From: an uncultured Gammaproteobacteria bacterium
Lineage (GTDB): Bacteria > Patescibacteriota > Patescibacteriia > 2-01-FULL-39-33
Assembly (NCBI GenBank): GCA_964386875.1
Contig: CAYLUK010000002.1
Location: 1-42,719 of the forward strand
Direction: 5' to 3'
Length of the DNA stretch: 42,719 nucleotides
The notes under the pieces are model-generated. The model worked only from the letters and a program-made list of their open reading frames with translations, was not told the origin of the DNA and ran no database searches. This document shows, piece after piece, positions 34,203-42,719 of this stretch; the stretch's first letter is position 1, and every line of letters starts with the position of its first letter. A program made the position numbers and the translations under genes.

Positions 34203-35496
34203 ATTTTAATTTTATTGCTCCTTGCCTTAATACAGTAACACTGCCATTGTCCACTTTGATTAAAGTGGATGGTTCGGCCGTGATCTCGCCTGCGTCAACA
34301 TAGAAATCAACCAGGTCGCCAAAATATTCTTTCGCTTCACTGGCAGTCTTAGCCGACTCTTGTCCTTCGGGATTGGCGCTAGGCGCTACCAATGGGCCAG
34401 TTTGTGCTAATATGTCAATCAACTCTGACTTATCTGGCAGACGAAATGCCAACGAGTTTGTGCCACGATGCAAATACGCAAATTTTTCATTGTCGCACGG
34501 CAAAATTATGCTCACCGGTCCCGGCCAAAAATCTTTCAAATTATCTACCGGACTAATCCCAAATAATTTCAAATCATCAATTGAGCTGACTAAAATAATA
34601 AACGGCTTATCCGGCTGTCTGGTTTTGACTTGATAAATCCTCTCCACCACATTTTGGTTTAAGGCCAGGCCAACCAAGCCATAGACGGTGTCGGTTGGAA
34701 GGATACCAATGCCACCTGATTTTAAAATATTAACCACACTTGTCATCCCGAGGGAGTGTAGCGGAGCGGAACGACCGTGGGGATCCCGTTGTATTGCCAC
34801 GGGATTGCCACGTCGGCCTTCAGCCTCCTCGCAATGACACTTGCTCAATATATTTCTCTCTACACAATCTTCAATTCTGAACTCACCCACTCTTATCCGT
34901 TCCAAATCCGCCAAATACCCACCCACGCCCAAAACCACGCCAAGGTCGCGTGCCAAAGACCGAATATACACGCCCTTGCCAGTGATCACCCTTAATTTTA
35001 AGTCTGGATATTTATAATCTAAAATTTCAATTTCTTTTATTTCCACTTTTCTGGGCTTCAGCTCGACCACCTCGCCTTTTCTGGCTGATTTATATGCCCG
35101 CCGACCATTAACTTTTATGGCGCTGTATACCGGTGGCGCCTGCTCTATTTCCCCAACAAACTTTTTCAAAACCTCTTTAATATCTTCTTCTTTAATTTCT
35201 GATTTTTTTAATTTCTTAATTTCTTGTTTGCTCCCCTCCTCATCATCAGTGGTGCTAGTCAAACCCAGACGAATGTCGGCAATATATTCTTTTTCTTGGC
35301 CCACAATTTCTGACAACTGCTTGGTGGCCTCTCGGCCCACAGCAATTACCAACACCCCCGAAGCCAATGGGTCAAGCGTGCCGGCATGACCGACTTTTTT
35401 TACACCGGTAATTTTGCGCACTTGCGCTACTACATCAAAAGAGGTCGGCCCCTTGAGTTTATAAATGGCAAAGATGGTTTTATTATATAAATTCAT
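34201..35496 (-). CDS. truB: Fused ORF: tRNA pseudouridine-55 synthase TruB (N-terminal) joined through a repeat-element-encoded linker to an L-threonylcarbamoyladenylate synthase TsaC/YrdC domain (C-terminal)
   Basis: The TruB part has KGPTSFDVV, VGHAGTLDPLASGVLVIAVG, PPVYSAIKVNGRRAY and GVYIRSLARDLG. The linker is CHCEEAEGRRGNPVAIQRDPHGRSAPLHSLGMT. The TsaC part has GGIGILPTDTVYGLVG, KPFIILV, WPGPVSIIL and LVAPSANPEGQ. I prefer the start at MNLYNK (35496). Confidence 0.8.
   Translation of the reverse strand: MNLYNKTIFAIYKLKGPTSFDVVAQVRKITGVKKVGHAGTLDPLASGVLVIAVGREATKQLSEIVGQEKEYIADIRLGLTSTTDDEEGSKQEIKKLKKSEIKEEDIKEVLKKFVGEIEQAPPVYSAIKVNGRRAYKSARKGEVVELKPRKVEIKEIEILDYKYPDLKLRVITGKGVYIRSLARDLGVVLGVGGYLADLERIRVGEFRIEDCVERNILSKCHCEEAEGRRGNPVAIQRDPHGRSAPLHSLGMTSVVNILKSGGIGILPTDTVYGLVGLALNQNVVERIYQVKTRQPDKPFIILVSSIDDLKLFGISPVDNLKDFWPGPVSIILPCDNEKFAYLHRGTNSLAFRLPDKSELIDILAQTGPLVAPSANPEGQESAKTASEAKEYFGDLVDFYVDAGEITAEPSTLIKVDNGSVTVLRQGAIKLK
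34742..34838. mobile_element. Palindromic GTCAT...ATGAC element, copy 2 (97 nt), flanked by an ACTT direct duplication
   Basis: The sequence is GTCATCCCGAGGGAG...CGACCGTGGGGATCCCG-TTGTATTGCCA-CGGGATTGCCACGTCGG...CTCCTCGCAATGAC, a nearly continuous hairpin. ACTT occurs at 34738-34741 and 34839-34842. Confidence 0.8.
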
Positions 35497-35633
35497 TATT
35501 TTTAAATAAACGGCAAATAAAATAATATTTCTTAACAATTAATACCCCCAATATTAGTCGGGGGTATTAATTAGTATCGTCTGATAATTAAATCCAATTA
35601 ACACTCGGGTTATCGTCTTTTTTCCTCAAACCA

Positions 35634-36905
35634 TTATCTTTCAGTTACCCAACAAAATTCTGTGCCATTAGATTTATATTGGCCTGATGACAAAGCACCC
35701 AGGACATTTTGATTCACTAAAAATAAATCTACCGCATTAACGGAACCATCGCAATTTACATCGGCGTTTGCATCACCAATATCGATATTTAGTAATTTAT
35801 TAGTTACCAGTTGAACATCAATTGCATTAGCTACCCCATCATTATTGACATCGCCCGGAACACCATTTATTGTACAATATTCTGTACTATTAGATTTATA
35901 CTGGCCTGATGGTGATCCCAACATTATATGGTTCACTAATATCAAAAGATCAACACCATTAACTGAACCATCACAATTTATATCGGCGTTTATAGTACCA
36001 ATATCAATATTTAGTAATTTATTAGCCACTAGCTGAACATCAATTGCATCAACTGCCCCATCATGATTAATATCACCCGGAACACCATTTATGACACCTT
36101 TTGCACTTTCAGCCAAAGAATGATTATAAACTTTAACTTCTTCAATTTTTCCTTTAAAATACGCGTGTTGTGCTGTGCCATTTTTTTCACCTAAAACATC
36201 CCCTATGCTTATGGTATTAGCAATAGTGCCTGGATTAGCCACTTTGACCTCATCTGCTAATGGTATTAATCGATAAGCTTCATTATTATTTTGATCTAAA
36301 TAGCGTACGGAAAGCATGGGACCCGTAAGGGAGGTATAAGAAAATATCAAATGATGCCATTGACCAGTAGCTAAACGATTTTGATCCTCATTAACAGCGA
36401 TTTGAAATTTATTATTACCATATATAACAAGTGGCAGACCGTCACTTGCCAAATAAATTCCTCGTCTTTCTTTATTACTATTAGTAAACTCAACTATTCC
36501 TTCGCCCGTAGAATTGGCCTCCCTATAAAACCAAACCGCTATGGTAAAATCATCTATATTATAATCGGTTTTAGTATATTGAACAGAATCATTACTTCCA
36601 TTAAAAATTCCCGACTTATTATACCCCGACCTCGATGATTCTTTTGCGGCAAATGTTGGACAGTGATTCGGACACGAAGCTGTTTTTGAATCAATCGAAT
36701 TTTTAAAATTACCATTAAAATTATAATAAGCAACCAAGCCATTAGACGCAGCGGCCTGACTATTGGATAAATTTCTACTTAAGGGCAAAACTGAATAAAG
36801 ACCATAACCACCAATAATTAATCCGGCGATAATAGCAGTTATGGCTATCACACCAATTGCCAGTTTGGGGCTAGTTTTTGTTCTGCTTTGTCTTTTCTTA
36901 ACCAT
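35634..36905 (-). CDS. Secreted LamG/concanavalin-like lectin domain protein with two dockerin-type (EF-hand-like) modules
   Basis: An N-terminal TM/signal sequence is present. The LamG-like region has GLVAYYNFNG...FDGS.D.V...FTIAVWF...WHHL...VKVYNHSL. The dockerin-type modules are GDINHDGAVDAIDVQLVANKLL...ADINCDGSVNGVDLLILVNHI and GDVNNDGVANAIDVQLVTNKLL...ADVNCDGSVNAVDLFLV. Confidence 0.7.
   Translation of the reverse strand: MVKKRQSRTKTSPKLAIGVIAITAIIAGLIIGGYGLYSVLPLSRNLSNSQAAASNGLVAYYNFNGNFKNSIDSKTASCPNHCPTFAAKESSRSGYNKSGIFNGSNDSVQYTKTDYNIDDFTIAVWFYREANSTGEGIVEFTNSNKERRGIYLASDGLPLVIYGNNKFQIAVNEDQNRLATGQWHHLIFSYTSLTGPMLSVRYLDQNNNEAYRLIPLADEVKVANPGTIANTISIGDVLGEKNGTAQHAYFKGKIEEVKVYNHSLAESAKGVINGVPGDINHDGAVDAIDVQLVANKLLNIDIGTINADINCDGSVNGVDLLILVNHIMLGSPSGQYKSNSTEYCTINGVPGDVNNDGVANAIDVQLVTNKLLNIDIGDANADVNCDGSVNAVDLFLVNQNVLGALSSGQYKSNGTEFCWVTER
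35652..36093. repeat. Tandem duplication of about 222 bp (two units) encoding the dockerin modules
   Basis: Unit 1 runs from about 35652 to 35873 and unit 2 from about 35874 to 36093. Nucleotide identity is visibly high, for example ATTCTGTGCCATTAGATTTATATTGGCCTGATG against ATTCTGTACTATTAGATTTATACTGGCCTGATG. Confidence 0.75.
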
Positions 36906-37013
36906 ACATTTTTTAGTTAATGAAATTAAAAATAAGTCTTTTTTTTATTATACTCCATACCACAAAAAAATGTTTAAAAGTTATCCACAGACAAAAAAAC
37001 GCGATGAAGATAT

Positions 37014-38168
37014 TTATATTTTCCGCCTCTTCTGCCGGCCGGCGAGATTACAAAACCGATGCGCTTCATCACGCACTGCCAGCAAAATATTTTTGATACT
37101 GGCGGTCATAGCTTTGATTACCGACTTGGATTGGGGCGGAAACACCAGCTTGTCGCCGGCCAACTTGGAAATCCCCACCATTGGAATACTAATGTTATTT
37201 TTTTTAAAAAATTTATCAACAAAATCTATTTGCGGCCTACCGCCGTCAATTAAGACCAAATTCGGTCTTGACCACTCCAAGTGATTAAATCTTCTGGCCA
37301 ACATCTCTTCTAACGCCCGCAGATCATCACCACCTAGGGCGGTTTTTATTTTAAACAATCGATATTCCTTCTTGTCCGGCTTACCACCGGAAAACACTGA
37401 CATTGCCCCATACACTTCTTTACCGGTCAAATGAGAAATATCATAGCCCTCAATCCGATTTATACTCTGGATTGATGTCAGCTCATCATTGGCTAGGAGA
37501 ATAACATCTTGCAAGTGGGTAAGAGCTCTGGCTGTGTCTGGGTTGTCCTTTTTCAACTTTTTCAATAATCTTTTTTTCTGACCAGACAATAGCAGAGAAA
37601 TATTTTTGATATTCTGTTGATAATCTTTTTTACTTATCTCACCCACACAAGCACCAGGGCAAAGTCCAATTTGATGATCAAAACATGGTTTACCCTGTCC
37701 CAATTTACATTTTCCATAGGGAAATATATGTCTAATAATTTTTAAAGCGTTTTTTACTAGAGTCGCATTCTGATATGGCCCAAAAATCTTATTTTTGACT
37801 TTGGGAAATTTTTTCAAATCATGATGACGCACCAACATCGGATAAGAATAATCACTGTCAGGAATTACAACATAAATAAATGACTTATCATCTTTGGCTT
37901 GGACATTATACTTTGGCCAATGTTTTTTGATTAAATTCGCTTCCAAAATCACACTGTCCAAAATAGTGTCAGTGATCTGATATTTAATATCTTTGGCCTT
38001 GTGTACCATTTCACCAATCCGCGGATCAATATCTTTTCTAAAATACTGACTGACTCGTTTTTTCAAACTGGTAGCTCGGCCGATATAAAGAATCTCACCT
38101 TTAGAGTCAGACCAAAAATACACCCCCGGTGTGTCAGGAAACTTTTTTATTTTTTCTCTTATGTCCAT
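37014..38168 (-). CDS. uvrC: Excinuclease ABC subunit C, compact form lacking the C-terminal (HhH)2 domain
   Basis: The GIY-YIG region is PGVYFWSDSKGEILYIGRATSLKKRVSQYF. The UvrC central/RNase H-like region is IEGYDISHLTGKEVYGAMSVF...YRLFKIK...DDLRALEEMLARRF...LIDGGRPQ...VRDEAHRF. It is only 384 aa. Confidence 0.75.
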   Translation of the reverse strand: MDIREKIKKFPDTPGVYFWSDSKGEILYIGRATSLKKRVSQYFRKDIDPRIGEMVHKAKDIKYQITDTILDSVILEANLIKKHWPKYNVQAKDDKSFIYVVIPDSDYSYPMLVRHHDLKKFPKVKNKIFGPYQNATLVKNALKIIRHIFPYGKCKLGQGKPCFDHQIGLCPGACVGEISKKDYQQNIKNISLLLSGQKKRLLKKLKKDNPDTARALTHLQDVILLANDELTSIQSINRIEGYDISHLTGKEVYGAMSVFSGGKPDKKEYRLFKIKTALGGDDLRALEEMLARRFNHLEWSRPNLVLIDGGRPQIDFVDKFFKKNNISIPMVGISKLAGDKLVFPPQSKSVIKAMTASIKNILLAVRDEAHRFCNLAGRQKRRKI

Positions 38169-38171
38169 AAA

Positions 38172-40790
38172 TTATTTCAAATAGTCTTTCAAATATTTGG
38201 CGGTTTCTGACTGGCTTTTTTTCTTGTGCCACTCACTCACAATTTCCTCCGGCGTGCCTTTAGCGACGACTTTACCACCAGCATCTCCACCACCCGGTCC
38301 CAAATCAATAATATAATCACATGACTTTATCACGTGCATATTGTGCTCAATGATCGCAATGCTATTGCCACGATCAATTAATTTATTCAACACTTCAAGT
38401 AATAACTCCACATCATGATAATGAAGTCCGACTGTGGGCTCATCCAACAAATACAATGTCTTCTTGCCAAGGGTATGGGTGAGCTCACGGGCCAGCTTAA
38501 TCCGCTGGGCCTCGCCGCCGGAAAGCGTAGTTGCGCTTTGACCCAGCTGAAGATACCCTAGACCCACCTCTTGAAGCACTTTTAATTTATCAGTAATCTG
38601 ATAAATGCCGTCAAAGAAAGGAATGGCCTCGTCAATAGTCAACGCCAAAACTTCGGCAATATTCTTGCCGGCCTTGCTGTCAGTATTTTTTGAAGATGAA
38701 TTTTTATACTTTACTTGAAGCGTCTCTCGGCTAAACCGCTTGCCATGACACACTTCACACTCCACATACACCGCCGGCAGAAAATGCATTTCAATCAAAT
38801 TAAATCCTGCACCATCGCAAGATTCGCACCGGCCACCCGGCCGATTGAATGAAAACCGCGACAAAGTATAACCCCTTTCTCTGGCATCCGGCAACTGGGC
38901 AAAAAATTCTCGAATTGGCGTGAAGATTCCGGTGTAAGTGGCTGGATTGGACCGCGGACTTCGGCCAATTGGCGACTGATCCATAATTACGACTCGGTTG
39001 ATGTATTCGGTCCCAATAATCTTGCTGACATTTTCCAGCTCTTTCCTCTCACCGTGTTTAATTTTGACTAGATTTTTATACAACGCGTCATACAAAAACG
39101 ACGACTTGCCACTACCTGATACACCGGTCACGCACACCATCTTCCGCAGTGGAATATCCACTTGGATATTTGCCAAATTATTGGCGTTAGCACCGATCAC
39201 CTTGATCACCTCGGTAGTCTTTTTTCGCCGTTTGGGAATTACAATCTCCCTTTCGCCTCGCAAATAGTCCAAGGTGAGAGATTTTTGTCGGCTATCTTTC
39301 TTGAGCAGCTCCTTGGTGACGCCAATAGCAACCACTTCCCCACCCTGACTGCCAGCCATGGGTCCCAAATCAACTAGATAGTCAGACTCCCTGATTACTC
39401 GCTCATCATGCTCAACAATAAGCACGCTATTGTTTTGATCACGCAGTGATTTTAAGGTATCAATCAAGCGGTCATTGTCCCTTTCATGCAGACCAATAGT
39501 CGGTTCATCAAGGATATATAAAGTGCGAGACAAATACGAGCCAATCTGCGATGACAGCCGAATCCGTTGGGCCTCGCCACCAGACAAGGTCTCGGCCTCA
39601 CGATCAAGCGACAGATAATTAAGCCCAACCTGGATCAAAAAAAACAACCGGTCACTTATCTCACTTACTACCGTGTCAGCTATCTCGTGTTGCCGATTGG
39701 TCATTTTCTGCTTATACTTTTCAAAAAAATCATACAATTTATCTAGTGGCAGTTGACTGACTTGAGCAATGCTTTTTCCTTCTATCTTGACTGACAATGC
39801 TTCGGGCTTAAGACGCAAGCCATTACAATCTAGACATGGCTTAATCACCCGTTGCCATTTTCTGATATATTCTTTTTTAGGCTGACCCACATTTCCTTCA
39901 ACCTGTTTCTTTTCCCAAGACTCAAGCCGGCCAATGCCATGACAGTTTTCACAAGCGCCGTGAGGACTATTGAATGAAAATAATCTCGGCTCCACCTCCG
40001 GAAATGAAAAATTATCATTGGGACAGCTCCAATTTGAAGATAATAATAATTCCTTTTGATCTTTCTGGTTCTCATGATATAAAGCGATTATCAAACCATC
40101 ACTATAGCCAAGCGCGCTTTCAATCGCTTCAGACAACCGACCATCATCATTTATTATTACTTTATCAATTACAATATCAATACTATGCTTTTTATATCGT
40201 GCCAGCTCCACCTTATTGTGCAGTGAGTGAAATTTACCATCAATTCTAGCCTCGCCATAACCAAGACCTAGATAATCATACAATAGCTGATAATATTCAC
40301 CCTTACGATCTATTACTACCGGGGACAATATTGTCACATAATCAGTCTTAAGTTCTTTGGCGCGACTTGTGACAATATCCACCATTTCATCTAAGGCCAG
40401 CTTTTCAATCTTATAATCACACTGGGGGCAAAATACCTCACCCAGCCGAGCATACAATACCCGCAGATAGTCATAAATCTCGGTCAAAGTGCCGACAGTT
40501 GACCGCGGGTTATGCGATAGTGCCTTCTGATCAATAGAAATAGATGGCGCCAAACCGATTATCTCATCTACATCCGCCGGCTTCATCTGACCCAAAAACT
40601 GACGCGCATAAGGCGACAGCGACTCAATATACCGCCGTTGGCCTTCAGCAAAAATGGTGTCAAAGGCCAATGATGACTTGCCACTGCCCGACACACCAGT
40701 AAACACCACCAGCTTATTGTGGGGTATTTCAAGGGTTATATTTTTGAGATTATGGACGCGAGCGCCCTTTATCTGGATGGTTTCTTTCAT
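38172..40790 (-). CDS. uvrA: Excinuclease ABC subunit A
   Basis: Motifs are [12 protein letters not shown] and two Walker A sites, [14 protein letters not shown] and [10 protein letters not shown]. The ABC signatures are [11 protein letters not shown] and [11 protein letters not shown]. Zn modules are [24 protein letters not shown] and CESCDGAG...CEVCHGKR. Confidence 0.9.
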   Translation of the reverse strand: MKETIQIKGARVHNLKNITLEIPHNKLVVFTGVSGSGKSSLAFDTIFAEGQRRYIESLSPYARQFLGQMKPADVDEIIGLAPSISIDQKALSHNPRSTVGTLTEIYDYLRVLYARLGEVFCPQCDYKIEKLALDEMVDIVTSRAKELKTDYVTILSPVVIDRKGEYYQLLYDYLGLGYGEARIDGKFHSLHNKVELARYKKHSIDIVIDKVIINDDGRLSEAIESALGYSDGLIIALYHENQKDQKELLLSSNWSCPNDNFSFPEVEPRLFSFNSPHGACENCHGIGRLESWEKKQVEGNVGQPKKEYIRKWQRVIKPCLDCNGLRLKPEALSVKIEGKSIAQVSQLPLDKLYDFFEKYKQKMTNRQHEIADTVVSEISDRLFFLIQVGLNYLSLDREAETLSGGEAQRIRLSSQIGSYLSRTLYILDEPTIGLHERDNDRLIDTLKSLRDQNNSVLIVEHDERVIRESDYLVDLGPMAGSQGGEVVAIGVTKELLKKDSRQKSLTLDYLRGEREIVIPKRRKKTTEVIKVIGANANNLANIQVDIPLRKMVCVTGVSGSGKSSFLYDALYKNLVKIKHGERKELENVSKIIGTEYINRVVIMDQSPIGRSPRSNPATYTGIFTPIREFFAQLPDARERGYTLSRFSFNRPGGRCESCDGAGFNLIEMHFLPAVYVECEVCHGKRFSRETLQVKYKNSSSKNTDSKAGKNIAEVLALTIDEAIPFFDGIYQITDKLKVLQEVGLGYLQLGQSATTLSGGEAQRIKLARELTHTLGKKTLYLLDEPTVGLHYHDVELLLEVLNKLIDRGNSIAIIEHNMHVIKSCDYIIDLGPGGGDAGGKVVAKGTPEEIVSEWHKKKSQSETAKYLKDYLK

Positions 40791-40867
40791 ATCTGAATTA
40801 ATTTTAAATGCTTTAATTTTTAATTTTAAATTACCAGTTACTAATTGCTAATTACCTTTTTGCTTGA

Positions 40868-40997
40868 CCCTGTAGAAGAATTTTGACTTTTAGTTTATAT
40901 AAAAAGTTATTTCTTGCTATAAATATACTACTTTATAATACATTACACTCAATTTATATTTGCCACCCTTGGTGGCTAGTCAATTTTCTCTACGAGG
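40868..40997. mobile_element. MITE-like element of the CCCTGTAGA TIR family, copy D (130 bp)
   Basis: The left TIR, CCCTGTAGAAGAATTTTGAC (40868-40887), matches the copy A TIR at 18/20. The right TIR, GTCAATTTTCTCTACGAGG (40979-40997), is a diverged inverted copy. TTGA flanks it on both sides (40864-40867 and 40998-41001). Confidence 0.6.
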
Positions 40998-41026
40998 TTG
41001 ACAAAAAATTATAAATGCAATAATAT
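40998..41026 (+). promoter_or_regulatory. Promoter of the plus-strand membrane-protein gene
   Basis: It reads TTGACA (40998-41003), a 17-nt spacer, then TAATAT (41021-41026). Confidence 0.55.
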
Positions 41027-41083
41027 TTGAAACTAAGTGGGTCTTTAACAACTGGGTCAACAACCGGAACAAGGAGAAATAAA

Positions 41084-41527
41084 ATGGGTATTTTTTTATT
41101 TGTGTTATTTGTTTTGGGATTGATATTTACATCTATGGGATTATTTTTTTGCTTCTTCAATAATGAATATTACGATCAGACCCAAAAAACAGAAAAAAAA
41201 CGGTTTGGCTTATTTTTTATTATCATTGGATTGTTGTCTTTTTCTACCGCCATAGTTGTCATCATTGCCAACCAGCCGATTACCATTAATGTTGTCAACA
41301 ATATTCCGCCCGACCAAACTAGACTTATTGAACGCTATCTCAACTGTGAGCCGATTAACGGGGTTGATGCCATCTGGCTGGATATGCCGGATAAAGAATT
41401 AGAACGTTTTTGCGCGCCAATCGCTGAAAAATTATATCTTACCAATTCTGAACTAATTGACAAATTGCGTAATCGCCAATGTTTGACCATCCAATATACG
41501 CCTGTCAGAAATTTGGCTCGACGCTAG
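41084..41527 (+). CDS. Hypothetical membrane protein (2 TM helices plus a Cys-containing C-terminal domain)
   Basis: The ATG at 41084 is preceded by AAGGAG 7 nt upstream, so I prefer it to the track start at 41027. The sequence begins MGIFLFVLFVLGLIFTSMGLFFCFF. I recognise no family. Confidence 0.6.
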   Translation: MGIFLFVLFVLGLIFTSMGLFFCFFNNEYYDQTQKTEKKRFGLFFIIIGLLSFSTAIVVIIANQPITINVVNNIPPDQTRLIERYLNCEPINGVDAIWLDMPDKELERFCAPIAEKLYLTNSELIDKLRNRQCLTIQYTPVRNLARR

Positions 41528-41543
41528 ACAAACTAATTACCTC

Positions 41544-41576
41544 AACCGCAAGAATCAGCTTGCGGTTTTATTTTTG
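41544..41576 (+). terminator. Intrinsic terminator
   Basis: The stem pairs AACCGCAAG (41544-41552) with CTTGCGGTT (41559-41567), followed by TTATTTTT. Confidence 0.7.
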
Positions 41577-41598
41577 CCTTAACTTGCAACATTCGCGT

Positions 41599-42719
41599 TT
41601 AATTGGTGTCATTCGCATCGGTTAAATCAAGAAAATCCTCAATCTCTTTACTGATCGTCTCTGGTGTAATGCCATGTTGCTGATTGTACTTTTTCTGAAT
41701 GAGACGCCGACTTTCCACTTCTTTAAGCGCTCGTTTCATTGACCCGGTCACAGTATCGGCGTACAAAATGACCTTACCGGTCACATTCCTAGCAGCTCGT
41801 CCCATAGTCTGCATCAGTGATGTTTCACTGCGCAAAAATCCTTCTCGATCAGCATCCAAGATGGCGACCAGTGTCACTTCCGGCAAATCCAAACCCTCAC
41901 GAAGCAAATTCACTCCAATTAGAATATCAAACTTACCCTTTCTAAAATTCTTTAAGATATCAGTCCGCTCAATCGTCTTAATATCGCTATGGATATAATT
42001 TACTTTAAGTCCTTGCTTTTTCAAATATTCATCAAGATCTTCAGCCATTTTCTTGGTCAAAGTATTGACAATGATACGACCAGTTTTCTTACTGTCATTG
42101 CGAGTGGCCGGAAGGAGGGTGGCAATCCCGTTTAATTCCACGGGATCTATCGCTCTGCTCGAAATGACACTTTTAATTTCCTTAATTAAATCATCAATTT
42201 GGCTCTGGTCAGTCTTCTTATTATATACCGGCCTAATCTCGACTGGTGGATCAATCAGCCCGGTGGGTCGAATAACCTGACGAATGGGTCGGCCAGACTT
42301 TTCAATTTCCCACTTGCCGGGTGTGGCTGTCGTAAATAGAGTTTGGCCGATTCGCTGTTCAAATTCCTTGAAATTCAACGGCCGATTATCTAGCGCTGAC
42401 GGCAGACGCCAGCCATATTGGATTAAGGTTTCTTTTCTCGCTTTGTCACCGGCATACATTCCTCTGATTTGAGGCACGGCAATATGCGACTCATCAATAA
42501 TGGTCAAAAAATCTGGACTGCCATCTGCGTAACGCGGAAAATATGCCAACAGCGTATCGGGCGACTCACCCGGCAATTTGCCGGTCAAATGACGAGAATA
42601 ATTTTCAATGCCATGGCAATAGCCAAGGGAAAGCAACATCTCCATATCGTATCGTGTCCGACGCTCAAGTCGCTCGGCCTCAAGAAAAAGACCCTTATCC
42701 TTATAATATTTCAGCCTAT
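41599..42719 (-). CDS. uvrB: Excinuclease ABC subunit B, C-terminal about 370 aa. The 5' end lies right of the window. It carries an in-frame repeat insertion.
   Basis: Motifs are [41 protein letters not shown] and the helicase C region [46 protein letters not shown]. The frame stays open upstream of the track start ([28 protein letters not shown]). Confidence 0.9.
   Translation of the reverse strand, partial: RLKYYKDKGLFLEAERLERRTRYDMEMLLSLGYCHGIENYSRHLTGKLPGESPDTLLAYFPRYADGSPDFLTIIDESHIAVPQIRGMYAGDKARKETLIQYGWRLPSALDNRPLNFKEFEQRIGQTLFTTATPGKWEIEKSGRPIRQVIRPTGLIDPPVEIRPVYNKKTDQSQIDDLIKEIKSVISSRAIDPVELNGIATLLPATRNDSKKTGRIIVNTLTKKMAEDLDEYLKKQGLKVNYIHSDIKTIERTDILKNFRKGKFDILIGVNLLREGLDLPEVTLVAILDADREGFLRSETSLMQTMGRAARNVTGKVILYADTVTGSMKRALKEVESRRLIQKKYNQQHGITPETISKEIEDFLDLTDANDTN
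42094..42168. mobile_element. Palindromic GTCAT...ATGAC element, copy 3 (75 nt, opposite orientation), flanked by an ACT direct duplication
   Basis: The sequence is GTCATTGCGAGTGG...GGCAATCCCG-TTTAATTCCA-CGGGATC...GCTCGAAATGAC. ACT occurs at 42091-42093 and 42169-42171. It encodes [25 protein letters not shown] between two Ser (AGT) codons. Confidence 0.8.

Overview
This is a low-G+C, tightly packed stretch in which every large gene lies on the minus strand. Gene content suggests a reduced-genome, Patescibacteria/CPR-like bacterium: ADP-forming acetyl-CoA synthetase, PPDK, a DUF4012 protein, a compact UvrC and many short overlapping gene junctions. That placement is inference only, since no database search was possible.

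Housekeeping genes:
- partial pilB/gspE-like ATPase, purF, rplU, a WecA/TagO-like transferase, tgt
- rnhA, recJ, lepA, murJ, an ADP-forming acetyl-CoA synthetase, ppdK, a PfkB kinase
- a truB-tsaC fused ORF, uvrC, uvrA and partial uvrB
- RNase P RNA on the plus strand

An envelope/glycan block spans 5.3-18.8 kb. It holds a secreted GH-like Cys-rich protein, a DUF11-like repeat protein, a DUF4012 protein, three GT4 glycosyltransferases and a polyprenyl-phosphate sugar transferase. A LamG plus double-dockerin protein lies separately at 35.6-36.9 kb.

I found no defence system, CRISPR array, transposase, tRNA or rRNA. The most interesting signals are non-genic:
1. A family of 75-97 nt GTCAT...ATGAC palindromic elements sits in-frame inside tgt and uvrB and at the truB/tsaC junction. 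Two copies have target-site duplications, and one copy creates the gene fusion.
2. A second MITE-like family has 20-bp CCCTGTAGA... terminal inverted repeats and 3-4 bp duplications. One copy is inserted exactly at a start codon and another in a promoter -35 element.
3. A G+C-rich, probably horizontally acquired LVIVD-repeat gene is driven by a host-type consensus promoter.
4. Three promoter-to-terminator units encode unidentified structured RNAs.

All protein calls rest on motif recognition by eye.
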